Source: an uncultured Spirochaetota bacterium (lineage in GTDB: Bacteria > Spirochaetota > Spirochaetia > SZUA-6 > Fen-1364). From it: a DNA stretch of 64,000 bases. Shown one piece after another: positions 45,751 through 55,120 of this stretch. A program made the position numbers and the translations under genes. The notes below the pieces were generated by a model. The model saw only the letters and a list, made by a program, of their open reading frames with translations, was not told the DNA's origin and ran no database searches. Where the stretch lies: assembly GCA_963845535.1 (NCBI GenBank), contig CAWJSK010000013.1, positions 64,001 to 128,000 on the forward strand. Direction: 5' to 3'. How positions within the stretch are numbered: the stretch's first letter is position 1; every line of letters begins with the position of its first letter.

Positions 45751-46776
45751 ATGCATGTCGGCATCATTGGGCACGGCGTATGGCTCCCATCGACTTTCAT
45801 GAGCGCGGCAGATATTGCCAAAGCCACCGGCATTCCCGAAGACGTCATAGCGCTGAAGTTCGGCGTCAAGCAGAAACCTGTTTCCGGCCCTGGTGAGACA
45901 ACAGCCGTCATGGGCTTGGAGGCAGCTCGCAAGGCCCTTGCTGATGCGGGCATTTCGGGATCCGAGGTTGACCTGGTCATATGGTGCGGCGCGCAGCACA
46001 AAGACTACCCGTGCTGGCTTGCCGGCCTCTATGTTGCCAACCAGATAGGGGCCAGGAACGCCTGGAGCTTCGACATGGAAGCCATGTGCGGCTCAATGAT
46101 GACGGCCTTGGATGTCGCAAAGTCTCTCCTCCTGGCTCGGGATGACCTCCAAACAGTCCTTCTTGTTTCCGGGTACCGGAACAATGACCTCATAGACCTG
46201 AAAGAGCCGGCAACACGGTTCATGCTGGACATCGGCTCGGGCGCCTCGGCGCTTGTCCTTCGAAAGAACGCGGGCCGAAACGCCGTGCTTGCCTCCGCAT
46301 TCCGGGGGGACGGCTCTTTCTCCGAGATGTGCGTCGTGCCGACCCTGGGATCAAAAGCCTGGCCTCCGTCTCCCGGAGACGAATCTCGCGTCCACTTCAT
46401 CGTCCCTGATGAGGAAGCGTTCAAGAAGAAGCTGAACGAGCTGACGCTTCCCAATTTCTACGCGGTGATCCGGGAGGCTCTCCAGCGCTCCCGCCTGTCG
46501 AATGCCTCAATCGACTATCTTGCAATTCTCCATTTCAAGAAAAGCGCGCACGAAGCAGTGCTCAAGGAGCTGGGGCTCGGGCCCTCGAACACGACCTACC
46601 TGGAAGACTACGGCCACCTTGGGCAGAACGACCAGGTGCTCTCCCTGGAGCTGGGGCTGGCTGCCGGGAAGGTGCATGACGGCGCCACGGTGGTGTTTGT
46701 GGGCGCGGGTCTTGGGTTTGTCTGGGCGGCAACGGTGATCACGTGGGGGCCAGTGAGGAGAAGTCATGCGTCTTGA
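45751..46776 (+). CDS. FabH/KAS III-like protein with a Cys-His-His active site
   Basis: EAMCGSM, LAILHFKK, YGHLGQND, GAGLGFVWAA. Confidence 0.85.
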   Translation: MHVGIIGHGVWLPSTFMSAADIAKATGIPEDVIALKFGVKQKPVSGPGETTAVMGLEAARKALADAGISGSEVDLVIWCGAQHKDYPCWLAGLYVANQIGARNAWSFDMEAMCGSMMTALDVAKSLLLARDDLQTVLLVSGYRNNDLIDLKEPATRFMLDIGSGASALVLRKNAGRNAVLASAFRGDGSFSEMCVVPTLGSKAWPPSPGDESRVHFIVPDEEAFKKKLNELTLPNFYAVIREALQRSRLSNASIDYLAILHFKKSAHEAVLKELGLGPSNTTYLEDYGHLGQNDQVLSLELGLAAGKVHDGATVVFVGAGLGFVWAATVITWGPVRRSHAS

Positions 46777-47500
46777 TGGAAAGGTGTGCGTCGTAACGGG
46801 CGGCGCGCGCGGGATTGGAAAAGGGGTCGTGGAGACTTTCATCCGCGAAGGGGCAAAGCGCGTGTGGGCCCTGGACGTCAATGAAGCCGACCTGTCCGCG
46901 CTGGAGAAAGGGTCGTCGGTCACTGGCGTGGCCGTGGACGTGACGAGCTCCGCCGCGGTCAACGCCGTGGTTGAGCGCATCAAGTCCGAGTCCGGGTCAG
47001 TGGACGTCCTGGTCAACAACGCCGGCATCACGCGTGACGCCATGATCCACAAGATGACCGACGCGGACTGGGACGCGGTGATCAACGTCAACCTGAAAGG
47101 CGTCTTCTTCATGACGCGCGCCATTGCGCCGCTCATGATGGAGGCGGGCAAGGGAGCAATCGTCAGCATCAGCTCCATCGTCGGCCTGGACGGAAACGTC
47201 GGCCAGACCAACTACGCGGCCACCAAGGGCGGCGTCGTGGCAATGACGAAGGGGTGGGCGCGGGAGTTCGCCAGAAAAGGCGCAAAGGTGAGGGTGAACG
47301 CGGTGTCTCCCGGCTATACGCGCACGCCCATGATCGCCTCGGTGCCGGAAAAAGTGCTCGAGCCCATCATCGCAAAGACACCGCTGGGAAGGCTTGCGGA
47401 GATTCGTGACATCGCCAACGCGGTGCTTTTTCTTGCAAGCGAAGAATCGGAGTTCATCACGGGCCAGGTCCTCCGCGTGGACGGAGGGCTCGTGCTGTAA
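46766..47500 (+). CDS. FabG-like beta-ketoacyl reductase (classical SDR)
   Basis: TGGARGIG, NNAGITRD, GQTNYAATKGG, ITGQVLRVDGG. Confidence 0.9.
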   Translation: MRLDGKVCVVTGGARGIGKGVVETFIREGAKRVWALDVNEADLSALEKGSSVTGVAVDVTSSAAVNAVVERIKSESGSVDVLVNNAGITRDAMIHKMTDADWDAVINVNLKGVFFMTRAIAPLMMEAGKGAIVSISSIVGLDGNVGQTNYAATKGGVVAMTKGWAREFARKGAKVRVNAVSPGYTRTPMIASVPEKVLEPIIAKTPLGRLAEIRDIANAVLFLASEESEFITGQVLRVDGGLVL

Positions 47501-47536
47501 GAGAGGGACGCCTCGGCGCCCCGAAGGAGGAGGCAT

Positions 47537-48742
47537 ATGAGAAAGGCTTTCGTGGCAATTGCGTGCTTCGCGCTGATTGGCGCCGCCGCATTCGCGCAGG
47601 GCGTCATCAAGCTTGGCGCCAACTGGCCGCTGGGGGACGTGAGCGGTCTGGAATGCTCCAAGGCCGCGCAGCTTGCCGTGGATGAGATCAACAAGGCGGG
47701 CGGGGTGCTGGGGAAGCAGCTTCAGCTCGTCGTGGTTGATGACGAAGGCAAGGGAGACAAGGGCGTTGCCGCAATCGAGAAGCTCGCCACCGTGGACAAG
47801 GTGGACGTCCTCCTGGGCGGCATTGCTTCAGGGGTGGCTGTAGCCCAGGTCCCCATCATGAAGAAGTACCAGATCGTCACCGTTGCCACGGGGGCGGCGG
47901 CAAGCGCCAGCGTCGAAAAGGCCCTCGGTCCCAGCCCCGGCTCGGACTGGTATTTCCACCTCCATCCGTGGGACTACAACCAGGGCCAGAGCTACTTCGA
48001 GGGATGGGCCGCAATCCAGAAGAAGTACCCCAACGTCAAGATCAAGAGGATATTCCTCGCATATGAGGAAGGGGCGTTCGGGAAGTCATCCTTCGACGCC
48101 TCCAAGGCCATCTTCGGCTCCCGCTATACCTTCGACGGCGCTTCGTTCAAGAGCGCGCTCATGGGCGGTTCCGATTATTCTTCCGCGCTGGAAGCAGCCA
48201 AGGATTTCAAACCGGACCTCTTCATCTGGGCCGGCTACGCCCAGGACGCCCTCCCGCTGCTGGAGCAGTCCAAGGCCATGAAGTTCTCCCCGCCCATCTA
48301 CCTCGGGGCTCCTCCGGCGTGGCCTACGGACATCGGCACCTCCCCGCTGGCTGAGGACATCATGCTCTACGGCATGTGGGCTCCTTCCGTCAACGACATA
48401 AGCCCAGCAAGCAAGAAGTTCTACGATGCATACGTGGCCGTCAACGGCGCCGAACCGACGAGCTACTTCGCCCCTCTCTCCTACAGCGCCGTCTACATCA
48501 TTGCGGACGCCATCAAGCGCGCGGGAGGCACGGACAGGGAGAAGCTCATCAAGGCGTTGGAGGCCACGAGATATGCCTCACCGCTGGGTGAGACCATTAC
48601 ATTCACGCCCTCCAGAATCATCAAGCACCAGGGCATCAAGAGCCAGAAGATCCTCCAGTGGCAGAACGGCAGGCAGGAGGTGATCTGGCCGTTCGAGGTC
48701 CAGTCCAAGCCGCTCGTATACCCTCTTCCTCCCTGGAAGTAG
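47537..48742 (+). CDS. Liv-type (HAAT) ABC substrate-binding protein
   Basis: Signal peptide, LAVDEINKAGGVLGKQLQLVVVDD. Confidence 0.9.
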   Translation: MRKAFVAIACFALIGAAAFAQGVIKLGANWPLGDVSGLECSKAAQLAVDEINKAGGVLGKQLQLVVVDDEGKGDKGVAAIEKLATVDKVDVLLGGIASGVAVAQVPIMKKYQIVTVATGAAASASVEKALGPSPGSDWYFHLHPWDYNQGQSYFEGWAAIQKKYPNVKIKRIFLAYEEGAFGKSSFDASKAIFGSRYTFDGASFKSALMGGSDYSSALEAAKDFKPDLFIWAGYAQDALPLLEQSKAMKFSPPIYLGAPPAWPTDIGTSPLAEDIMLYGMWAPSVNDISPASKKFYDAYVAVNGAEPTSYFAPLSYSAVYIIADAIKRAGGTDREKLIKALEATRYASPLGETITFTPSRIIKHQGIKSQKILQWQNGRQEVIWPFEVQSKPLVYPLPPWK

Positions 48743-48743
48743 C

Positions 48744-49700
48744 ATGAGAGTGGTGGTGACCCGTCCGCGCGAGCGGCCGGGCCGGGCATGGCAGGCCGTT
48801 GTCTGGGCCGCCCTTGCGGTCATCGGGACGGCCGCCGTCCTGGCATGGAAGCCAACGGCGCTTGTCTACGGCGTGCAGCGCGCCGGCCTCTACGCCGCTG
48901 TTGCCATTCCCATGGCGCTCATACTCGGCATCGTCCACATCGTGAACCTCGCCCACGGAGAGCTCATGATGGTGGCGGCGTACCTGGCGTATTTCGCCGC
49001 GCGCCTGCTCGGCCTTGATCCTTTCATTTCCCTGATTCCCGTTGCCATGGTCATGGCCGTCTTCGGACTGGTGGTGTACCTGCTCACCATCAAGCAGGCG
49101 CTCAAGGCGCCGGAGCTGAACCAGCTCATCCTCACGTTCGGGCTCGCCATCGCGCTGAGCCAGACCGTAAACCTCTTGTTCACGTCGCAGTCGTGGAAGC
49201 TCTCCCTGGACTACGTGTCCGCCTCCGCAACGGTGGGGGACGTCAGCTTCGGAGTGTTTGATTTCGTCTACGTTGCTGCAGCACTAGCGCTCGCCGCGGG
49301 CTTGCAGCTTTTTCTCAAGCGCACCCGTATGGGCAAAGCTGCGCTGGCGGTAGGCCAGAACCCGCGGGGAGCGGCAATCGTCGGGATCGACGTGGGCAAG
49401 ACCTATGCGTTCGTGTTCGCATTGGCCGTGGGCCTCGTCGGCGCGGTGGGCTCCCTCTTCCTTGCAAAGCAGGCGATCTTTCCGATGGTGGGCGGGCCCT
49501 ACACCATGAAGTCATTCTCCCTGGTTGCGATGGCAGGTGTGGGCAACATCGTGGGCATCCTGTACTGCAGCCTGGCCCTGGGCCTCGCGGAAAGCATTAT
49601 CGACGGGATCAGGGGATACGCGGGATGGTCCAACATGGTGTTCTTCGTGATCATCATTGCCACCATCCTGATCCGCTCGTGGCGGGAGAGGAAAGTGTGA
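48744..49700 (+). CDS. Liv-type ABC permease (LivH-like)
   Basis: IVNLAHGELMM, RTRMGKA..AV.QN..GA..VGI. Confidence 0.88.
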   Translation: MRVVVTRPRERPGRAWQAVVWAALAVIGTAAVLAWKPTALVYGVQRAGLYAAVAIPMALILGIVHIVNLAHGELMMVAAYLAYFAARLLGLDPFISLIPVAMVMAVFGLVVYLLTIKQALKAPELNQLILTFGLAIALSQTVNLLFTSQSWKLSLDYVSASATVGDVSFGVFDFVYVAAALALAAGLQLFLKRTRMGKAALAVGQNPRGAAIVGIDVGKTYAFVFALAVGLVGAVGSLFLAKQAIFPMVGGPYTMKSFSLVAMAGVGNIVGILYCSLALGLAESIIDGIRGYAGWSNMVFFVIIIATILIRSWRERKV

Positions 49701-50683
49701 CCACGGCAGTCAGGCGGTTCCTTCCCGTGGTGGTCATCGCGGCCGCGGTCGCATTCCCCTTCCTGGCCGGACCATACCCTCTGGCCGTGGCGCAGAGCGT
49801 CCTCCTCTTCATGGCCCTGGCCGTGAGCTGGGACATGCTCCTGAGGTCCGGGCAGATCTCCTTCGGGATTGCCGGCTTCTTCGGCATCGGCGCCTACGGA
49901 GCGGCGCTCACGACGCTCAAGCTTTCCGTGTCACCCATCGTCTCCATCCTGTTCGCCGGCGTGTGCGCGGCGGCGGTTGCTTTTGTGCTGGGCTTTGTCA
50001 TCCTTCGTTTGCGGAAGGTGTATTTCGCTATCACCACTCTGGCGCTTGCAGAGATCTTCCAGGTGATCATCCACAACGGGGGAGACTTCACGGGCGGACC
50101 CGAAGGGATTGTCCTTCCTTCCCTGATCTTTGGCGGTGACGCAAGGTCCCTGTACTGGCTCGCTCTTGCCGCCGTGCTCCTGGCGTGCGCGCTGTCCGCC
50201 GTGTTCCAGCGGTCCCGTCTCAGGTTCGCGCTTACCGCTGTGCGAAATGACGAGGTGAGCGCGCGCTCCAGCGGGATTGCCATCTTCGCGTATCTCATGA
50301 TTGCCTTCGTCACGACCTCCTTCATCCAGGGAATTGTCGGCGGCATCCACGTACAGATCTACGGCTACGCGTCGCCGGACTCGGTCTTCGACTCCAACTA
50401 CACGCTTCTGCCGCTGGCCATGGTGCTTCTGGGCGGAACCTACAGCACGCCGGGACCTGTCCTGGGTGCCGTCCTCCTGGGAGTGGCATCGGAGTACCTC
50501 AAGCTGAAAATCCCCTACGGCCACCTCGTGGTGTACGGGATCATCATTGTCCTTGTCATCCTTCTCCTGCCCGAGGGGCTCTACGGCCAGTACCGAAAGC
50601 GAGTGAAGGCGAGGGCGAAGGAGGCAACTGGCCGTGAGGCAGGGGGCCCGGAGGCAGGTGGCCCGGAGGCGGCCCATGCCTGA
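49697..50683 (+). CDS. Liv-type ABC permease (LivM-like)
   Basis: GQISFG, YFAITTLALAE, TGGPEG, LLPEGL. GTG start overlaps the upstream stop. Confidence 0.88.
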   Translation: MTTAVRRFLPVVVIAAAVAFPFLAGPYPLAVAQSVLLFMALAVSWDMLLRSGQISFGIAGFFGIGAYGAALTTLKLSVSPIVSILFAGVCAAAVAFVLGFVILRLRKVYFAITTLALAEIFQVIIHNGGDFTGGPEGIVLPSLIFGGDARSLYWLALAAVLLACALSAVFQRSRLRFALTAVRNDEVSARSSGIAIFAYLMIAFVTTSFIQGIVGGIHVQIYGYASPDSVFDSNYTLLPLAMVLLGGTYSTPGPVLGAVLLGVASEYLKLKIPYGHLVVYGIIIVLVILLLPEGLYGQYRKRVKARAKEATGREAGGPEAGGPEAAHA

Positions 50684-51395
50684 CCTGCAGACGTTCGGCC
50701 TGACCAAGCGCTTCGGCGGCCTGCTTGCGGTCAACAACGTTTCCTTCAGCCTGGACCGCGGAGAGATCCTCGGCGTCATTGGGCCCAACGGCGCGGGAAA
50801 GACCACGTTCATAAACCTGGTCTCCGGCGTGTATGCCCCCACCAGCGGCCGCATCCACTTCCAGGGCCGCGACATAACGAGCCTCGCGGCCCACAAGCGT
50901 GCCCGCGCGGGGATTTCCCGCACGTTTCAGCTCATCCACCCCCTGGAGAACCTGAACGTGGTGGAAAACGTGATGCTGGGGTTCATCTTCAGCCGGCGCT
51001 CGAGCCTGAAAGAGGCCCGCAAATCCGCGGAAGCCCTTTGCGGCTCCCTCGGGCTTGGCAGCCTGGGCCGCGACGTCTCCGAGATCACGATGCTGGAGAC
51101 GAAAAAGCTGGAGATCGCACACGCCCTTGCCAATGACCCTTCCGTCCTCTTTCTGGATGAGGTCATGGCCGGTCTGAACGTGGATGAGACCACCGAGGTC
51201 ATCCGTCTCGTTCAAGGAGTGGCTCGGGAAAAGAACATAGGCGTCGGCGTGGTGGAGCACGTCATGAGCGTCATCCGTGACCTGACCCATCGCGTGATCG
51301 TCCTGGAGGCCGGGGAGATCATTGCCGCGGGACCGTACGAAGAGGTTGCAAAGAACCCGAGGGTCATTGCCGCCTACCTCGGAGGAGCTGCCTGA
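50676..51395 (+). CDS. Liv-type ABC ATPase (LivG-like)
   Basis: FGGLLAV, GPNGAGKTT, LDEVMAGL, VEH, VIAAYLG. Confidence 0.9.
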   Translation: MPDLQTFGLTKRFGGLLAVNNVSFSLDRGEILGVIGPNGAGKTTFINLVSGVYAPTSGRIHFQGRDITSLAAHKRARAGISRTFQLIHPLENLNVVENVMLGFIFSRRSSLKEARKSAEALCGSLGLGSLGRDVSEITMLETKKLEIAHALANDPSVLFLDEVMAGLNVDETTEVIRLVQGVAREKNIGVGVVEHVMSVIRDLTHRVIVLEAGEIIAAGPYEEVAKNPRVIAAYLGGAA

Positions 51396-52096
51396 TGCTG
51401 CAGGTGCGGAACCTCGAATGCGGCTATGGGCGCATCCCCGTTTTGCGAAAAGTGGATCTCACCGTGGGCAACGAATCCGTCGGCCTGTTCGGGCCCAACG
51501 GCGCCGGCAAGACCACGCTGATAAATGCGATCATGGGATTGGTCCATCCGCGCGCCGGCACCATTGAATCCGACGGCAGGGACCTCACCACGCTCAAGAC
51601 GCATCAGATAGCCCGCGCAGGTATTGCCCTGGTGCCCCAGGAGCGCGAGCTTTTCCCCGGCATGTCCGTGGCGGACAACCTGGAGCTTGGCGCGGTTTAC
51701 ATTCCTCATGCGAAGAACGTGATGGAGAAGCAGCTTGAAACCGTGCTCAGCCAGTTCCCCATTCTGCGGGAAAGGTACCGTCAGCTTGCCGGAACGCTTT
51801 CCGGAGGCCAGCAGCGCATGGTGGCAATTGGCCGCGCGCTGATGGCCAATCCGCGTCTTCTCATCCTGGACGAGCCGTCTCTCGGGCTTCAACCCTCCAT
51901 TGTGTCGGAAGTCTTCGAGAAGCTCGCGCAGCTCAAGGCCACGGTCTCCATCCTTGTCACGGAGCAGAACGTGCGGGAAAGCCTGCGCGCAGTGGACCGG
52001 GGGTACGTGCTGGAAAACGGCGCCGTGGCCCTGGAGGATAGCGCGGCGGGTTTGTCCAACAACCCTCACGTGATCCGGTCCTACCTGGGGATCTAG
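51395..52096 (+). CDS. Liv-type ABC ATPase (LivF-like)
   Basis: GPNGAGKTT, LSGGQQRM, LDEPSLGL, EQN. Confidence 0.9.
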   Translation: MLQVRNLECGYGRIPVLRKVDLTVGNESVGLFGPNGAGKTTLINAIMGLVHPRAGTIESDGRDLTTLKTHQIARAGIALVPQERELFPGMSVADNLELGAVYIPHAKNVMEKQLETVLSQFPILRERYRQLAGTLSGGQQRMVAIGRALMANPRLLILDEPSLGLQPSIVSEVFEKLAQLKATVSILVTEQNVRESLRAVDRGYVLENGAVALEDSAAGLSNNPHVIRSYLGI

Positions 52097-52098
52097 AC

Positions 52099-52179
52099 AT
52101 GCCCCGAGCAGACCTGAACAACACCGCTTTGCGGTACGAGATCGAGGGCGCCGTCGTCGATTTCTTGAGGGTCATATGA
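52099..52179 (+). pseudogene. 26-aa mini-ORF: N- and C-termini of an internally deleted alpha/beta hydrolase
   Basis: MPRADLNNTALRYEIEG|AVVDFLRVI*. ATGA overlap with the next hydrolase gene. Confidence 0.65.
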
Positions 52180-52949
52180 CGGCAAAAACCATAACCGTGG
52201 GAGAGACGCGCATTCACTACGTCGAGCACGGAAGAGGGATCGACGTGGTGTTCGTGCACGGAAACATCGGGTCCAGTCGATGGTTCGGCCGTGCGATGGA
52301 TGTTCCGGGTTGCAGGACCGTTGCGCTGGACATGCCGAACTTCGGGCGTTCCAGCGAGCTGCCGGCAGAACCCGACATTGACCGTTACGCGGACTCGGTG
52401 GCCGCGTTTCTTGGCGCCATGCGGATCGAAAGACCCGTGCTCGTGGGGCACTCCCTGGGAGGCGCAGTGGCCATCTCATTGGCAGTCCGCAACCCGAAGC
52501 TGCCCCGAGGGCTCGTGCTCGTGGATTCCGCCGCGCCATCGGGGCTCCAGACTCCGGAGGATCGATATCCGATGATCGAGTCCATGCGGACAAGTCGGGA
52601 TGTTCTGTCCGCGGCCCTCTCCGCGGTTGTTCCGACGTTGAAGGACAAGGCTTTCTTCGAAGCGCTGGTTGATGACGCCGCGCTCATGGCTCCCTCCGCC
52701 TGGGTGGGGAACGCGCGCGCCCTGAGCCGCTTTGATTACAAGGGGAAATGTGGAGCGTTCACGGCTCCTACCTTGGTGATATGGGGCCGCAAGGACGTGA
52801 TCGTCACCGAAGCCATGGCCAGGGAAACCGCGCAAGCTTTCCCCGGGGCCCGGCTCGTGATCCTGGATGAGGTGGGGCATTCCGTTGTGGCTGAGGACCC
52901 CGAGGGCTTCGTGAAGATACTGTCGGGGTTCATTGGAAAGGAAGACTGA
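52176..52949 (+). CDS. Alpha/beta-fold hydrolase
   Basis: VFVHG, DMPNFG, GHSLGG nucleophile elbow, WGRKD, GHS. Confidence 0.9.
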   Translation: MTAKTITVGETRIHYVEHGRGIDVVFVHGNIGSSRWFGRAMDVPGCRTVALDMPNFGRSSELPAEPDIDRYADSVAAFLGAMRIERPVLVGHSLGGAVAISLAVRNPKLPRGLVLVDSAAPSGLQTPEDRYPMIESMRTSRDVLSAALSAVVPTLKDKAFFEALVDDAALMAPSAWVGNARALSRFDYKGKCGAFTAPTLVIWGRKDVIVTEAMARETAQAFPGARLVILDEVGHSVVAEDPEGFVKILSGFIGKED

Positions 52950-52950
52950 C

Positions 52951-54210
52951 GTGAGTGGCGTAAGCATTGTCGGTGCGTACAACACGAGGTTCGGCAGCTT
53001 CGTGAAGAAGAACAAGGAAACAGGCGAGGTGGTGGACACCGCCTCCCTCTATGACCTCATGATGGAGGCGGGGCGGGGAGCGCTGAAGGACGCCGGCCTG
53101 GCGGGCAAGGACGTTGACGGCGTCTGGGTGGGCAGCTGCGCTCCGGGCCTGTTTGCAAACCAGGAGCACGTGGCTGCAATCGCGCCCGAGATCGACCCCG
53201 AGGGCCTGCGCTTCAAGCCAATGACGCGCTGTGAAGATGCCTGTGCTTCCGGCTCCGTGGCCCTGTACAACGCGCTGTACGCCGTGGAATCAGGACGGGC
53301 CCGGGTCGCGCTCGTGCTCGGCGTGGAGAAGATGAATCTCCTCGACACGAAAGGCGTCACGCACGCCCTCGCCACCTGTTCGTACTGGCCGGAGGAAGGC
53401 GCGCGGGAAGTATCGTTTCCCTGTCTTTTTGCGGAATATGCCAAGGGGTATTCCGCGCGCTACGGACTCTCCGCTGATCTTTTCATGCGGATGCTTGCCG
53501 CGGTTTCCGCCCTGGGATATCGCAACGGGCTGGACAATCCCCTGGCCCACTTCGGAAAGGGCGGGCCTTCCGACAGGCTGGGGCTGACAACAGCGCAGGC
53601 GGTGCTCGACCTTCCCGAGGAGAAAAACCCGCTGATCGCAGATCCCCTTCGTTTGCATGACTGCTCTCTCATCTCGGACGGCGCCGCGGCAGTGGTCATC
53701 ATGCAGACAGCCGCGGCCGCGCGGGCTGGAAAGGCGGTGGAGATTGCGGGGATAGGCCACGTCAACGAGCGCATGGCCCTTTCGAAAAGGGCCAACATGC
53801 ACGAGCTGGCTGCCGGCAAGGAGGCCGCGCGGCGGGCATTTGCGGAAGCGGGCATAGCCGCCTCCGACATCGACGTGGCCGAAGTGCACGACTGCTTCAC
53901 GATCAACCAGCTTCTCTGCACGGAAGCCCTGGGTCTTTCAAAAGACGGCCGCTCAGGGTACGATTACATGGAGGGAAGGTTCGACCGGACGGACTCTCAA
54001 TGCAGCGTGAACCTTTCCGGCGGCTTGAAAGCAAAAGGGCATCCCGTCGGCGCCACCGGCGTCTCAATGCATGCCCTGGTCTACAAGCAGCTTGTCGGGG
54101 AGCCCATCGGGGCCGCGCCGGGCCGCACGCGGCCCGAGATCGGAGTCACGTTCAACGTTGGCGGGTCGGGCGTCACGAACTGCGTCTCGGTCATGCGAAG
54201 GCTCGGATAG
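52951..54210 (+). CDS. SCP2-type thiolase (acetyl-CoA acyltransferase)
   Basis: EDACASGS, GVEKM, DCSLISDGAAA, EVHDCFT, KGHPVGATG. Confidence 0.9.
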   Translation: MSGVSIVGAYNTRFGSFVKKNKETGEVVDTASLYDLMMEAGRGALKDAGLAGKDVDGVWVGSCAPGLFANQEHVAAIAPEIDPEGLRFKPMTRCEDACASGSVALYNALYAVESGRARVALVLGVEKMNLLDTKGVTHALATCSYWPEEGAREVSFPCLFAEYAKGYSARYGLSADLFMRMLAAVSALGYRNGLDNPLAHFGKGGPSDRLGLTTAQAVLDLPEEKNPLIADPLRLHDCSLISDGAAAVVIMQTAAAARAGKAVEIAGIGHVNERMALSKRANMHELAAGKEAARRAFAEAGIAASDIDVAEVHDCFTINQLLCTEALGLSKDGRSGYDYMEGRFDRTDSQCSVNLSGGLKAKGHPVGATGVSMHALVYKQLVGEPIGAAPGRTRPEIGVTFNVGGSGVTNCVSVMRRLG

Positions 54211-54252
54211 ACGGGGGCCGCGGCTTTGCCGGCCTCCTCGGGAGGCATTCAA

Positions 54253-54705
54253 ATGCCGCGTGCATTCAGACTTGTCCTGGTGATATTCCTCGCGCTTTTC
54301 GCCGCGGGGGTGGTTTCCGCTCAAGGCGCCCCGGAGCCGAAGCCGGCATGGCCCGCCTACCTCTTCAGCATTTTCCTGGGATTTGGAACTGGTCAGTATT
54401 GGGTTGGCGGAAACGGCAACCCCTTCCTCATCGGGGACCTGAGCTGTGTCGGCATTGCGGCCATAGGCGCCGGGCTGGCGATTGGCTCACCCGCTCCCTC
54501 ATCGTCGGGGCTCTCAGGGGCCAGCGCTGGATACCTGATGATCGGCGTTGGGGCCATTGCCTTCTCCGTTCTCAGGATCTGGGAGCTGATCGATGTATTC
54601 GGCGCCGTGGATGACGCCCGCAGTGCCGGGAAAGTCGCCGCGCTCGAACCGGTGGTCACCGGGAGCCTGACTGAGCTCGAGATGGGCGTCCGCCTCCATT
54701 TCTAG
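54253..54705 (+). CDS. Exported hydrophobic protein, Borrelia P13/TM2-like
   Basis: Signal peptide, PAWPAYLFSIFLGFGTGQYWVG, C-terminal GVRLHF. Confidence 0.6.
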   Translation: MPRAFRLVLVIFLALFAAGVVSAQGAPEPKPAWPAYLFSIFLGFGTGQYWVGGNGNPFLIGDLSCVGIAAIGAGLAIGSPAPSSSGLSGASAGYLMIGVGAIAFSVLRIWELIDVFGAVDDARSAGKVAALEPVVTGSLTELEMGVRLHF

Positions 54706-54736
54706 AGGCCGTTTTCGATTCTGCAAGGGAGGATTC

Positions 54737-55111
54737 ATGGAACACGAGCAGAAGTATTCGATCAATCTGGACGCCAGGTTCAGCCCACTCGAGAGAATCG
54801 ACGTCCAGGCCCTGGCGGCAGCGGTAAAGGACCCGTGGTTCAACCAGACTCTCTGCAGGGTCAACGACTGCGTGGTGCGCCTGGGTGTCTTCAAGGGGGG
54901 AGAGTTCCACTGGCACAAGCACGACAAAGAGGATGAGTTTTTCTTCGTACTCTCCGGCAGGTTTGTTGTTGAGCTGGAGGGCGAGCGAAAGGAGCTTGGC
55001 CCTCAACAGGGGCTCCTTGTTCCGAAGGGTGTGCTCCACAAGACGAGCGCGCCCGAGCCTTCCGTGATTCTCATGATGGAAGCCGCCACGGTGAAGCCCA
55101 CCGGCGACTGA
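54737..55111 (+). CDS. Cupin domain protein
   Basis: GEFHWHKHDKEDEFFFVLSG...VPKGVLH. Confidence 0.9.
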   Translation: MEHEQKYSINLDARFSPLERIDVQALAAAVKDPWFNQTLCRVNDCVVRLGVFKGGEFHWHKHDKEDEFFFVLSGRFVVELEGERKELGPQQGLLVPKGVLHKTSAPEPSVILMMEAATVKPTGD

Positions 55112-55120
55112 GCGAAGGAT

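Noticed and set aside
43371..47500. Housekeeping fabH/fabG fatty-acid synthesis operon
   Set aside because: The catalytic triads are non-canonical, acp/fabD/fabF are absent, and the importer, hydrolase and thiolase context is catabolic.
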